From positions 11,617,950-11,681,949 of the forward strand of contig NC_134026.1 of NCBI RefSeq assembly GCF_964204645.1: a stretch of 64,000 nt of DNA, given 5' to 3'. Each line of letters starts with the position of its first letter. Within the stretch, counting starts at the first letter, position 1. This DNA is from Tubulanus polymorphus. Lineage: Eukaryota > Animalia > Nemertea. Shown here piece by piece: positions 25,573 to 40,600 of the stretch. The position numbers and the translations under genes were made by a program. The notes under the pieces were generated by a model. That model saw only the letters and a program-made list of their open reading frames with translations. It was not told the DNA's origin and made no database searches.

Positions 25573-27672
25573 CTAAAACATATTGTGGAGATATGATATG
25601 GCTATGAAATAATCCTGAGAATTTGTTGGCAAAAGGAGGCACTTCCTTGTAATTGCACTGACAGGTAAACACTTAATACATCCAGTTAGAGTTTTTACTC
25701 GAAATATACCAAGCAACTGGGAATCTAGAGGGTAAGTAAACAAACTCCTTCTAATCCTGTATGTTTCATAAACAATTGAGAATGTTTCACCGATTTTCAA
25801 TATGTTTCGTATGAGAGCTATTTCACCATGTATCAGTACACAATTGTCAGGTTTACAATTTTTCAATTTATGACCTTTGATCTCAATTTCAGAACCCTGT
25901 GTAATATCGTAACTGAAAGGAATCTGTTGTGGTAGTAAAGGACCATTTTTATGGACCTTTTTTAGTTTGGATGTTACATTAACCGTATTTGATTCAAAAG
26001 AGGAAAACAAATTTTTTTCTTTTAAACGACGAATTACTTGTGACAAAGGATTAACTGGTGACCGCACCATTCGTTTAAGCTGGCCTAAGTAGTTTTCGAA
26101 AGGAAAACATGAATAGCCATCGAGCGAACCATATCGTTTAACATCTTCAGCTAGATGGATTAAAGAATGGATATTATAAACCATTGCTTTAGAGCCATAA
26201 ATGGTTTCGTAATGCTCTACAAAGAGTAGAATAAGATTGTGTGCATAGTCTGCATGAGACTGACAGAGATTGGTATCTGCTAGTATTCTTACTGCCACAG
26301 AATATATTAAGAAATTTTTATAAGTTTGATCAGGAAGATGAGTCAAGGCAATCATTCCAGTATACAAAGTAATCAGGCGAAACTCAGTGGCCTTCCAGTG
26401 AGCTATTTCTGATAGAGCTCTACCTTTCCTAGCAAATTCAGATGGGATGAATGAATTGAAATTTAGAATTTCAGATGATATAGCTTGAATTACACGACTA
26501 GGCATACGAGACATTAATGGACCCATAATCCAATATTTGAGTAGTCTCTTTGTAACTCCAATGCATATAAGATGCATGTAATCTAAAGGAAATTGAGCAA
26601 CCATGTCAATGGTCAATTTCAAAAATGGGGAGACACCGTGCAGGTGATGTTCAGCATCAACCTGGCGACGGAAATCTTGATCTCTCCGTAAGGGACAATT
26701 GGAATCTGTAAACAACATTTTTCCATTCCAGTTTCCAGGAATAGTACATTTACTGCAACCAGAATAACCACTATGCCCTTGTATATGCTTTACAAATGCC
26801 AAAGCTGGGGCATCACAAATAACTGCTGCTACATAAACATAATAAGTTTTATCTTTGTAACTAAAACCAGATTCAAGTTGGTGAATTTCATCGACAAAGG
26901 GTATTAGAAAATCAGTATCTGAAGGCTTTTTTTGGCCGTAAAATAGGCCAGCAATGAATGGTTGACTTACGGTATCATTATTTGTAGGTAAAGTAATTTT
27001 ACATAAAACTGGCCAAAACTGTGAGTTAGAACTTTTGAATAGCGGAAGACCATCAATATTCACTTGTAATAACAATTTTTGGTCATCATCTAAATCAAAG
27101 TCAATTTTATCTAACCAATTACAAATTCCTAATCGTGCCCCGAAGTGATAATATTGACCACTTGATACTGAACTTATATCAACTGTCGAGATATTATATG
27201 TTTGTAATAATGTTCTGGGGTCTGTAGGCAAGGATGGGTGACATGGGCTTAAAATCTTTAATAAAGCGCCTACAGCTACTTGTGTAATATTGTGATCAGT
27301 AGCCCATTGAGCAAGAGATTTAGACAGCTCTTGGGGTGATTGTTGTTCTTCTGTGTAACTTTCACAGTCGTTAGAAGACAAAGTGTTTATTGATGCAGAA
27401 GAACCACTTATTTCTGATAATTGATCATCCAGTTCATCAAATGCTATGGGACTTGAATTTCCAAGTCCGTAGCTTGAAACTTCCCCCAATAACTCAGGTG
27501 AATTCGGCAATACAGCACCAAGAGTTACATCATTTTCATCATTGGGAGTATTTACAGAATAAATTTGACTCTGATGTTGAGTAGAATTGGATTCTAAGGA
27601 ATTTACAATTGATGCAACTTCACGCCTAATGCGACGGCGGCGTGTCCAAAACGATGGCTCTTTCTGATCCAT
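25573..27672 (-). CDS. EnSpm/CMC-type DDE transposase, 699 aa, uninterrupted
   Basis: Motifs VNIDGLPLFKSS, ICDAPALAFVK, GYSGCSKC, PLDYMHLICIGV, WKATEFR, YNIHSLIHL and FPFENYLGQLK. Confidence 0.93.
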   Translation of the reverse strand: MDQKEPSFWTRRRRIRREVASIVNSLESNSTQHQSQIYSVNTPNDENDVTLGAVLPNSPELLGEVSSYGLGNSSPIAFDELDDQLSEISGSSASINTLSSNDCESYTEEQQSPQELSKSLAQWATDHNITQVAVGALLKILSPCHPSLPTDPRTLLQTYNISTVDISSVSSGQYYHFGARLGICNWLDKIDFDLDDDQKLLLQVNIDGLPLFKSSNSQFWPVLCKITLPTNNDTVSQPFIAGLFYGQKKPSDTDFLIPFVDEIHQLESGFSYKDKTYYVYVAAVICDAPALAFVKHIQGHSGYSGCSKCTIPGNWNGKMLFTDSNCPLRRDQDFRRQVDAEHHLHGVSPFLKLTIDMVAQFPLDYMHLICIGVTKRLLKYWIMGPLMSRMPSRVIQAISSEILNFNSFIPSEFARKGRALSEIAHWKATEFRLITLYTGMIALTHLPDQTYKNFLIYSVAVRILADTNLCQSHADYAHNLILLFVEHYETIYGSKAMVYNIHSLIHLAEDVKRYGSLDGYSCFPFENYLGQLKRMVRSPVNPLSQVIRRLKEKNLFSSFESNTVNVTSKLKKVHKNGPLLPQQIPFSYDITQGSEIEIKGHKLKNCKPDNCVLIHGEIALIRNILKIGETFSIVYETYRIRRSLFTYPLDSQLLGIFRVKTLTGCIKCLPVSAITRKCLLLPTNSQDYFIAISYLHNMF

Positions 27673-28653
27673 AAAATGGAGGGGCTATTGCTTATGATTA
27701 TTCATTTAAATTAGAACAGGCCAAAATTTAAAGTGTTGTGCCGAACTATAATCAGCCAACAAGACTCGAACCCACCGGTCGCTCAGCACTGCTTATATAG
27801 TGAACGCAACACGCCTATAAATACTGAAGTATGAATAAAATGTTTTTTATCTATGGTTTTAAGAATTTAGTTTCAAAACTCCGCAAATGAAATTGAGGCT
27901 TGCAGCAATAAAATGTCAATCAAATTCAATTTTAAAAAAGGATCCTGACAAAACAAAAATTACGTCCAATTTAAACGAATTGAATTGAACTGACAAACAA
28001 CTCGACAGAATCCAATAGCTGTGGTTACCGGGTATATAAGACCATTAATCAGAAACGTGAATACGCAACAAAAGCAAAGCATACTTAGGGTAAATTCAAT
28101 AGAAAACCTGTTTCTTTTGTCTCCGAAGATCGCTCCTTTGTTCGTGTTCACGGTGAATAATGCATCTTATGCGCATGTGCAATAAATAGCGTGACTCAGC
28201 ATTGTTATCGTTGGTTTCGAATCCCATCGATATATTGCCGTAATAAAGATTGATAATCATCTAAATACAAACAACTTTTTTTTAAATAATGTAACACACC
28301 TTTATTTAAATATAGTTTTTAAAGAATGATCAATAATCGAAAAGTTTTCTACCCATGACCCCATGATGTCGAAATTTTATCGCTAACAGACATCATAATG
28401 ACGTCTATTCACGATGGAAACTATAACTGAATTTTCACCCATTTAACGACGACATACGGATCATAAAACATCAAAATATATCTTTTAGAATTATTACTCA
28501 AATAAAGCTCCCCATAATTGTCGGAATATTTGTCCCCAATATTTCATTTTCTAACATCGCAATGATGTCAGATTGTCATCATATTCCGACAGTCGGTACG
28601 GTCAGATTTCGACGGATTTCTGACATCATTATGACGTAATGCTGCTACTTGGG

Positions 28654-31600
28654 GAATTGTCTCGTGCGACAAAACCAAAATAATGAATTGTCGCTGGCAA
28701 TAAAACCAAAATAATGAATTATCGCGGGCGATAAAACCAAAATAATGAATTGTCGCGGGCGACAAAACTAAAAGGAAGGATTGTCGCGGGCGACAAAACC
28801 AAAATAATGAATTGTCGCTGGCGATAAAACCAAAGTAATGAATTGTCGTGGGCGATAATACCAAAATATTGAATTTTTTCGCGGGCGACAAAACCAAAAT
28901 AATGAATTGTCTCGTGCGACAAAACCAAAATAATGAATTGTCGCTGGCAATAAAACCAAAATATTGAATTGTCTCAGGCGACAAAACCAAAATAATGAAT
29001 TATCGCGGGGGATAAAACCAAAATATTGAATTGTCGCAGGCGATAAAACCAAAATATTGAATTGTCGCGTGCGACAAAACCAAAAAAAAAATTGTTGCGG
29101 GCGACAAAAACAAAATATAAAACCAAAATAATGAATTGTCTCGGGCGACAAAACCAAAATAATGAATTGTCTCGTGTGACAAAACCAAAATAATGAATTG
29201 TCGCTGGCGATAAAACCAAAATAATGAATTATCGCGGGCGATAAAACCAAAATATAGAATTGTCGCGGGCGACAAAACCAAAATAAAGAATTGTCGCTGG
29301 AGATAAAACCAAAATAATGAATTGTCGCGGGCGATAAAACCTAAATAATGAATTGTCGCGGGCGACAAAACCAAAATAATGAATTATCGCCGGCGATAAA
29401 ACCGTAATAATGAATTGTCGAGGGCGATAAAACAAAAATATTGAATTGTCTCAGGCGACAAAACCAAAATAATGAATTATCGCGGGGGATAAAACCAAAA
29501 TATTGAATTGTCGCAGGCGATAAAACCAAAATATTGAATTGTCGCGGGCGACAAAACCAAAAAAAAAATTGTCGCAGGCGACAAAAACAAAATATTGAAT
29601 TTTTCGCGGGCGACAAAACCAAAATAATGAATTGTCGCAGGCGATAAAACCAAAGTAATGAATTGTCGTGGGCGATAAAACCAAAATATTGAATTTTTTG
29701 CGGGCGACAAAACCAAAATATTGAATTGTCGCGGGCGATAAAACCAAAATAATGAATTGTCTCAGGCGACAAAAGAAAAATAATTAATTGTCGCGGGCGA
29801 TAAAACCAAAATAATGAATTATCGCTGGTGACAAAACCAAAATATTGAATTGTCGCGGGCAACAAAACCAAAAAAAAAATTGTCGCAGACGACAAAAAAA
29901 AAATATAAAACCAAAATAATGAATTGTCTCGGGCGACAAAACCAAAATAATGAATTGTCTCGTGCGACAAAACCAAAATAATGAATTGTCGCTGGCAATA
30001 AAACCAAAATATTGAATTGTCTCAGGCGACAAAACCAAAATAATGAATTATCGCGGGGATAAAACCAAAATATTGAATTGTCGCAGGCGATAAAACCAAA
30101 ATATTGAATTGTCGCGTGCGACAAAACCAAAAAAAAAATTGTTGCGGGCGACAAAAACAAAATATAAAACCAAAATAATGAATTGTCTCGGGCGAGAAAA
30201 CCAAAATAATGAATTGTTTCGTGTGACAAAACCAAAATAATGAATTGTCGCTGGCGATAAAACCAAAATAATGAATTATCGCGGGCGATAAAACCAAAAT
30301 ATAGAATTGTCGCGGGAGACAAAACCAAAATAAAGAATTGTCGCTGGAGATAAAACCAAAATAATGAATTGTCGTGGGCGATAAAACCTAAATAATGAAT
30401 TGTCGCGGGCGCACAACCAAAAAAAATGAATTATCGCGGGCGGTAAAACCGTAATAATGAATTGTCGAGGGCGATAAAACCAAAATATTGAATTGTCTCA
30501 GGCGACAAAACCAAAATAATGAATTATCGCGGAGGATAAAACCAAAATATTGAATTGTCGCAGGCGATAAAACCAAAATATTGAATTGTCGCGGGCGACA
30601 AAACCAAAAAAAAATTGTCGCGGGCGACAAAAACAAAATATTGAATTTTTCGCGGGCGACATAACCAAAATAATGAATTGTCGCAGGCGATAAAACCAAA
30701 GTAATGAATTGTCGTGGGCGATAAAACCAAAATAATGAATTGTCTCAGGCGACAAAACAAAAATAATTAATTGTCGCGGGCGATAAAACCAAAATAATAA
30801 ATTATCGCTGGCGACAAAACCAAAATATTGAATTGTCGCGGGCAACAAAACCAAAAAAAAATTGTCACGTACGATAAAAAAAAAATATAAAACCAAAATA
30901 ATGAATTGTCTCGGGCGACAAAACCAAAATAATGAATTGTCTCGTGCGACAAAACCAAAATAATGAATTGTCGCTGGCAATAAAACCAAAATAATGAATT
31001 ATCGCGGGCGATAAAACCAAAATATAGAATTGTCGCGGGCGACAAAACCAAAATAATGAATTGTCGCTGGAGATAAAACGAAAATAATGAATTGTCGCGG
31101 GCGATAAAACCTAAATAATGAATTGTCGCGGGCGACAAAACCAAAATAATGAATTGTCGCGGGCGATAAAACCGTAATAATGAATTGTCGCGGGCGATAA
31201 AACCAAAATATTGAATTGTCTCAGGTGATAAAACCAAAATAATGAATTATCGCGGGGGATAAAACCAAAATATTGAATTGTCGCAGACGATAAAACCAAA
31301 ATATTGAATTGTCGGTGGAGATAAAACCAAAGTAATGAATTGTTGGTGGCGACAAAACCAAAATGGTGAATTGTCCAGGTGACAGAACCAAAATGGTGCA
31401 TTGTCGCGGGCGACAAAACCAAAATAATGAATTGTCGCGGGCGATAAAACCAAAATATTGAATTGTCGCAGGCGATAAAACCAAAATATTGAATTGTCGC
31501 GAGCGACAAAAACAAAATATAAAACCAAAGTAATAAATTGTCGTGGGCAATAAAACCAAAATATTGAATTTTTCGCGGGCGACAAAACCAAAATATGAAT

Positions 31601-34600
31601 TATCGCGGGGGATAAAACCAAAATATTGAATTGTCGCAGGCGATTAAACCAAAATATTGAATTGTCGCGAGCGACAAAAACAAAATATAAAACCAAAATA
31701 ATGAATTGTCGCGGGCGATAAAACCTAAATAATGAATTGTTGCGGGCGACAAAACCAAAATAATGAATTGTCGCGGGCGATAAAACCATAATAATGAATT
31801 GTCGCGGGCGACAAAACCAAAATAATGAATTGTCTCGTGCGACAAAACCAAAATAATGAATTGTCGCTGGCAATAAAACCAAAATATTGAATTGTCTCAG
31901 GCGACAAAACCAAAATAATGAATTATCGCGGGGGATAAAACCAAAATATTGAATTGTCGCAGGCGATAAAACCAAAATATTGAATTGTCGCGTGCGACAA
32001 AACCAAAAAAAAAATTGTTGCGGGCGACAAAAACAAAATATAAAACCAAAATAATGAATTGTCTCGGGCGACAAAACCAAAATAATGAATTGTCTCGTGT
32101 GACAAAACCAAAATAATGAATTGTCGCGGGCGATAAAACCTAAATAATGAATTGTCGCGGGCGACAAAACCAAAATAATGAATTGTCGCGGGCGATAAAA
32201 CCATAATAATGAATTGTCGCGGGCGACAAAACCAAAATAATGAATTATCGCGGGGGATAAAACCAAAATATTGAATTGTCTCAGGTGACAAAACCAAAAT
32301 AATGAATTATCGCGGGGGATAAAACCAAAATAATGAATTATCGCTGGCGACAAAACCAAAATATTGAATTGTCGCGGGCAACAAAACCAAAAAAAAAATT
32401 GTCGCGGACGACAAAAAAAAATATAAAACCAAAATAATGAATTGTCTCGGGCGAGAAAACCAAAATAATGAATTGTCTCGTGCGACAAAACCAAAATAAT
32501 GAATTGTCGCTGGCAATAAAACCAAAATATTGAATTGTCTCAGGCGACAAAACCAAAATAATGAATTATCGCGGGGGATAAAACCAAAATATTGAATTGT
32601 CGCAGGCGATAAAACCAAAATATTGAATTGTCGCGTGCGACAAAACCAAAAAAAAAATTGTTGCGGGCGACAAAAACAAAATATAAAACCAAAATAATGA
32701 ATTGTCTCGGGCGACAAAACCAAAATAATGAATTGTCTCGTGTGACAAAACCAAAATAATGAATTGTCGCGGGCGATAAAACCAAAATATAGAATTGTCG
32801 CGGGCGACAAAACCAAAATAAAGAATTGTTGCTGGAGATAAAACCAAAATAATGAATTATCGTGGGCGATAAAACCGTAATACTGAATTGTCGAGGGCGA
32901 TAAAACCAAAATATTGAATTGTCTCAGGCGACAAAACCAAAATAATGAATTATCGCGGGGGATAAAACCAAAATATTGAATTGTCGCAGGCGATAAAACC
33001 AAAATATTGAATTGTCGCGGGCGACAAAACCACAAAAAAAATTGTCGCGGGCGACAAAAACAAAATATTGAATTTTTCGCGGGCGACAAAACCAAAATAA
33101 TGAATTGTCGCAGGCGATAAAACCAAAGTAATGAATTGTCGTGGGCGATAAAACCAAAATATTGAATTTTTTGCGGGCGACAAAACCAAAATAATGAATT
33201 GTCGCGGGCGATAAAACCAAAATATTGAATTGTCGTGGGCGATAAAACCAAAATATTGAATTTTTTGCGGGCGACAAAACCAAAATAATGAATTGTCGCG
33301 GGCGATAAAACCAAAATATTGAATTGTCGCAGGCGATAAAACAAAATATAAAACCAAAGTAATAAATTGTCGTGGGCAATAAAACCAAAATATTGAATTT
33401 TTCGCGGGCGACAAAACCAAAATATGAATTATCGCGGGGATAAAACCAAAATATTGAATTGTCGCAGGCGATTAAACCAAAATATTGAATTGTCGCGAGC
33501 GACAAAAACAAAATATAAAACCAAAATAATGAATTGTCGCGGGCGATAAAACCTAAATAATGAATTGTCGCGGGTGACAAAACCAAAATAATGAATTGTC
33601 GCGGGCGATAAAACCATAATAATGAATTGTCGCGGGCGACAAAACCAAAATAATGAATTATCGCGGGGGATAAAACCAAAATATTGAATTGTCTCAGGTG
33701 ACAAAACCAAAATAATGAATTATCGCGGGGGATAAAACCAAAATAATGAATTGTCGCGGGCAACAAAACCAAAAAAAAAATTGTCGCGGACGACAAAAAA
33801 AAATATAAAACCAAAATAATGAATTGTCTTGGGCGACAAAACCAAAATAATGAATTGTTTCGTGCGACAAAACCAAAATAATGAATTGTCGCTGGCAATA
33901 AAACCAAAATATTGAATTGTCTCAGGCGACAAAACCAAAATAATGAATTATCGCGGGGGATAAAACCAAAATATTGAATTGTCGCAGGCGATAAAACCAA
34001 AATATTGAATTGTCGCGTGCGACAAAACCAAAAAAAAAATTGTTGCGGGCGACAAAAACAAAATATAAAACCAAAATAATGAATTGTCTCGGGCGACAAA
34101 ACCAAAATAATGAATTGTCTCGTGTGACAAAACCAAAATAATGAATTGTCGCGGGCGATAAAACCAAAATATAGAATTGTCGCGGGCGACAAAACCAAAA
34201 TAAAGAATTGTCGCTGGAGATAAAACCAAAATAATGAATTATCGTGGGCGATAAAACCGTAATACTGAATTGTCGAGGGCGATAAAACCAAAATAATGAA
34301 TTATCGCGGGGGATAAAACCAAAATATTGAATTGTCGCAGGCGATAAAACCAAAATATTGAATTGTCGCGGGCGACAAAACCAAAATAAAGAATTGTCGC
34401 TGGAGATAAAACCAAAATAATGAATTATCGTGGGCGATAAAACCGTAATACTGAATTGTCGAGGGCGATAAAACCAAAATAATGAATTATCGCGGGGGAT
34501 AAAACCAAAATATTGAATTGTCGCAGGCGATAAAACCAAAATATTGAATTGTCTCAGGCGACAAAACCAAAATAATGAATTATCGCGGGGGATAAAACCA

Positions 34601-37600
34601 AAATATTGAATTGTCGCAGGCGATAAAACCAAAATATTGAATTGTCGCGGGCGACAAAACCACAAAAAAAATTGTCGCGGGCGACAAAAACAAAATATTG
34701 AATTTTTCGCGGGCGACAAAACCAAAATAATGAATTGTCGCAGGCGATAAAACCAAAGTAATGAATTGTCGTGGGCGATAAAACCAAAATATTGAATTTT
34801 TTGCGGGCGACAAAACCAAAATAATGAATTGTCGCGGGCGATAAAACCAAAATAATGAATTATCGCTGGCGACAAAACCAAAATATTGAATTGTCGCGGG
34901 CAACAAAACCAAAAAAAAAATTGTCGCAGACGACAAAAAAAAAATATAAAACCAAAATAATGAATTGTCTCGGGCGACAAAACCAAAATAATGAATTGTC
35001 TCGTGCGACAAAACCAAAATAATGAATTGTCGCTGGCAATAAAACCAAAATATTGAATTGTCTCAGGCGACAAAACCAAAATAATGAATTATCGCGGGGA
35101 TAAAACCAAAATATTGAATTGTCGCAGGCGATAAAACCAAAATATTGAATTGTCGCGTGCGACAAAACCAAAAAAAAAATTGTTGCGGGCGACAAAAACA
35201 AAATATAAAACCAAAATAATGAATTGTCTCGGGCGAGAAAACCAAAATAATGAATTGTTTCGTGTGACAAAACCAAAATAATGAATTGTCGCTGGCGATA
35301 AAACCAAAATAATGAATTATCGCGGGCGATAAAACCAAAATATAGAATTGTCGCGGGAGACAAAACCAAAATAAAGAATTGTCGCTGGAGATAAAACCAA
35401 AATAATGAATTGTCGTGGGCGATAAAACCTAAATAATGAATTGTCGCGGGCGCACAACCAAAATAATGAATTATCGCGGGCGGTAAAACCGTAATAATGA
35501 ATTGTCGAGGGCGATAAAACCAAAATATTGAATTGTCTCAGGCGACAAAACCAAAATAATGAATTATCGCGGGGGATAAAACCAAAATATTGAATTGTCG
35601 CAGGCGATAAAACCAAAATATTGAATTGTCGCGGGCGACAAAACCAAAAAAAAATTGTCGCGGGCGACAAAAACAAAATATTGAATTTTTCGCGGGCGAC
35701 AAAACCAAAATAATGAATTGTCGCAGGCGATAAAACCAAAGTAATGAATTGTCGTGGGCGATAAAACCAAAATAATGAATTGTCTCAGGCGACAAAACAA
35801 AAATAATTAATTGTCGCGGGCGATAAAACCAAAATAATGAATTATCGCTGGCGACAAAACCAAAATATTGAATCGTCGCGGGCAACAAAACCAAAAAAAA
35901 AATTGTCACGTACGATAAAAAAAAAATATAAAACCAAAATAATGAATTGTCTCGGGCGACAAAACCAAAATAATGAATTGTCTCGTGCGACAAAACCAAA
36001 ATAATGAATTGTCGCTGGCAATAAAACCAAAATAATGAATTATCGCGGGCGATAAAACCAAAATATAGAATTGTCGCGGGCGACAAAACCAAAATAATGA
36101 ATTGTCGCTGGAGATAAAACGAAAATAATGAATTGTCGCGGGCGATAAAACCTAAATAATGAATTGTCGCGGGCGACAAAACCAAAATAATGAATTGTCG
36201 CGGGCGATAAAACCGTAATAATGAATTGTCGCGGGCGATAAAACCAAAATATTGAATTGTCTCAGGTGATAAAACCAAAATAATGAATTATCGCGGGGGA
36301 TAAAACCAAAATATTGAATTGTCGCAGACGATAAAACCAAAATATTGAATTGTCGGTGGAGATAAAACCAAAGTAATGAATTGTTGCTGGCGACAAAACC
36401 AAAATGGTGAATTGTCCAGGTGACAGAACCAAAATGGTGCATTGTCGCGGGCGACAAAACCAAAATAATGAATTGTCGCGGGCGATAAAACCAAAATATT
36501 GAATTGTCGCAGGCGATAAAACCAAAATATTGAATTGTCGCGAGCGACAAAAACAAAATATAAAACCAAAGTAATAAATTGTCGTGGGCAATAAAACCAA
36601 AATATTGAATTTTTCGCGGGCGACAAAACCAAAATATGAATTATCGCGGGGGATAAATCCAAAATATTGAATTGTCGCAGGCGATTAAACCAAAATATTG
36701 AATTGTCGCGAGCGACAAAAACAAAATATAAAACCAAAATAATGAATTGTCGCGGGCGATAAAACCTAAATAAGGAATTGTTGCGGGCGACAAAACCAAA
36801 ATAATGAATTGTCGCGGGCGATAAAACCATAATAATGAATTGTCGCGGGCGACAAAACCAAAATAATGAATTGTCTCGTGCGACAAAACCAAAATAATGA
36901 ATTGTCGCTGGCAATAAAACCAAAATATTGAATTGTCTCAGGCGACAAAACCAAAATAATGAATTATCGCGGGGGATTAAACCAAAATATTGAATTGTCG
37001 CAGGCGATAAAACCAAAATATTGAATTGTCGCGTGCGACAAAACCAAAAAAAAAATTGTTGCGGGCGACAAAAACAAAATATAAAACCAAAATAATGAAT
37101 TGTCTCGGGCGACAAAACCAAAATAATGAATTGTCTCGTGTGACAAAACCAAAATAATGAATTGTCGCGGGCGATAAAACCAAAATATAGAATTGTCGCG
37201 GGCGACAAAACCAAAATAAAGAATTGTCGCTGGAGATAAAACCAAAATAATGAATTATCGTGGGCGATAAAACCGTAATACTGAATTGTCGAGGGCGATA
37301 AAACCAAAATAATGAATTATCGCGGGGGATAAAACCAAAATATTGAATTGTCGCAGGCGATAAAACCAAAATATTGAATTGTCGCGGGCGACAAAACCAC
37401 AAAAAAAATTGTCGCGGGCGACAAAAACAAAATATTGAATTTTTCGCGGGCGACAAAACCAAAATAATGAATTGTCGCAGGCGATAAAACCAAAGTAATG
37501 AATTGTCGTGGGCGATAAAACCAAAATATTGAATTTTTTGCGGGCGACAAAACCAAAATATTGAATTGTCGCGGGCGATAAAACCAAAATAATGAATTGT

Positions 37601-40600
37601 CTCAGGCGACAAAACAAAAATAATTAATTGTCGCGGGCGATAAAACCAAAATAATGAATTATCGCTGGCGACAAAACCAAAATATTGAATTGTCGCGGGC
37701 AACAAAACCAAAAAAAAAATTGTCGCAGACGACAAAAAAAAAATATAAAACCAAAATAATGAATTGTCTCGGGCGACAAAACCAAAATAATGAATTGTCT
37801 CGTGCGACAAAACCAAAATAATGAATTGTTGCTGGCAATAAAACCAAAATATTGAATTGTCTCAGGCGACAAAACCAAAATAATGAATTATCGCGGGGGA
37901 TAAAACCAAAATATTGAATTGTCGCAGGCGATAAAACCAAAATATTGAATTGTCGCGTGCGACAAAACCAAAAAAATGAATTGTCTCGTGTGACAAAACC
38001 AAAATAATGAATTGTCGCTGGCGATAAAACCAAAATAATGAATTATCGCGGGCGATAAAACCAAAATATAGAATTGTCGCGGGCGACAAAACCAAAATAA
38101 AGAATTGTCGCTGGAGATAAAACCAAAATAATGAATTGTCGCGGGCGATAAAACCTAAATAATGAATTGTCGCGGGCGCACAACCAAAATAATGAATTAT
38201 CGCGGGCGATAAAACCGTAATAATGAATTGTCGAGGGCGATAAAACCAAAATATTGAATTGTCTCAGGCGACAAAACCAAAATAATGAATTATCGCGGGG
38301 GATAAAACCAAAATATTGAATTGTCGCAGGCGATAAAACCAAAATATTGAATTTTTCGCTGGCGACAAAACCAAAATAATGAATTGTCGCAGGCGATAAA
38401 ACCAAAGTAATGAATTGTCGTGGGCGATAAAACCAAAATAATGAATTGTCTCAGGCGACAAAACAAAAATAATTAATTGTCGCGGGCGATAAAACCAAAA
38501 TAATGAATTATCGCTGGCGACAAAACCAAAATATTGAATTGTCGCGGGCAACAAAACCAAAAAAAAAATTGTCGCGGACGACAAAAAAAAAATATAAAAC
38601 CAAAATAATGAATTGTCTCGGGCGACAAAACCAAAATAATGAATTGTCTTGTGCGACAAAACCAAAATAATGAATTGTCGCTGGCAATAAAACCAAAATA
38701 ATGAATTATCGCGGGCGATAAAACCAAAATATAGAATTGTCGCTGGAGATAAAACCAAAATAATGAATTGTCGCGGGCGATAAAACCTAAATAATGAATT
38801 GTCGCGGGCGACAAAACCAAAATAATGAATTGTCGCGGGGTATAAAACCGTAATAATGAATTGTCGCGGGCGATAAAACCAAAATATTGAATTGTCTCAG
38901 GTGACAAAACCAAAATAATGAATTATCGCGGGGGATAAAACCAAAATATTGAATTGTCGCAGGCGATAAAACCAAAATATTGAATTGTCGCGGGCGATAA
39001 AACCAAAAAAAAATTGTCGCGGACGACAAAAACAAAATATAAAACCAAAGTAATGAATTGTCGTGGGCGATAAAACCAAGATATTGAATTTTTCGCGGGC
39101 GACAAAACCAAAATAATGAATTGTCCCTGGCGATAAAACCAAAGTAATGAATTGTCGTGGGCGATAAAACCAAAATATTGAATTTTTTGCGGGCGACAAA
39201 ACCAAAATATTGAATTGTCGCGGGCGATAAAACCAAAATAATGAATTGTCTCAGACGACAAAACAAAAATAATTAATTGTCGCGGGCGATAAAACCAAAA
39301 TAATGAATTATCGCTGGCGACAAAACCAAAATAATGAATTGTCACGGGCAACACAACCAAAAAAAAAATTGTCGCAGACGACAAAAAAAAAATATAAAAC
39401 CAAAATAATGAATTGTCTCGGGCGACAAAACCAAAATAATGAATTGTCTCGTGCGACAAAACCAAGATAATGAATTGTCGCTGGCAATAAAACCAAAATA
39501 TTGAATTGTCTCAGGCGACAAAACCAAAATAATGAATTATCGCGGGGGATAAAACCAAAATAATGAATTGTCTCAGGCGACAAAACAAAAATAATTAATT
39601 GTCGCGGGCAACAAAACCAAAAAAAAAAATTGTCGCGGACGACAAAAAAAAAATATAAAACCAAAATAATGAATTGTCTCGGGCGACAAAACCAAAATAA
39701 TGAATTGTCTCGTGTGACAAAACCAAAATAATGAATTGTCGCTGGCGATAAAACCAAAATAATGAATTATCGCGGGCGATAAAACCAAAATATAGAATTG
39801 TCGCGGGCGACAAAACCAAAATAAAGAATTGTCGCTAGAGATAAAACCAAAATAATGAATTGTCGCGGGCGATAAAACCTAAATAATGAATTTTCGCGGG
39901 CGCACAACCAAAATAATGAATTATCGCGGGCGATAAAACCGTAATAATGAATTGTCGAGGGCGATAAAACCAAAATATTGAATTGTCTCAGGCGACAAAA
40001 CCAAAATAATGAATTATCGCGGGGGATAAAACCAAAATATTGAATTGTCGCAGGCGATAAAACCAAAATATTGAATTGTCGCGGGCGACAAAACCAAAAA
40101 AAAGTTGTCGCGGGCGACAAAAACAAAATATTGAATTTTTCGCGGGCGACAAAACCAAAATAATGAATTGTCGCAGGCGATAAAACCAAAGTAATGAATT
40201 GTCGTGGGCGATAAAACCAAAATAATGAATTGTCTCAGGCGACAAAACAAAAATAATTAATTGTCGCGGGCAACAAAACCAAAAAAAAAAATTGTCGCGG
40301 ACGACAAAAAAAAAATATAAAACCAAAATAATGAATTGTCTCGGGCGACAAAACCAAAATAATGAATTGTCTCGTGCGACAAAACCAAAATAATGAATTG
40401 TCGCTGGAGATAAAACCAAAATGATGAATTGTCGCGGGCGATAAAACCTAAATAATGAATTGTCGCGGGCGACAAAACCAAAATAATGAATTGTCGCGGG
40501 GTATAAAACCTTAATAATGAATTGTCGCGGGCGATAAAACCAAAATATTGAATTGTCTCAGGTGACAAAACCAAAATAATGAATTATCGCGGGGGATAAA

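Larger units (their letters stand above)
21464..28653 (-). mobile_element. CMC/EnSpm (CACTA-superfamily) DNA transposon, apparently full length
   Basis: TIRs CCCAAGTAGC / GCTACTTGGG. A 2-bp TSD (GA) restores the satellite monomer. Subterminal TGATGTCA/TGACATCA motifs at both ends. Carries two genes. Confidence 0.93.
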
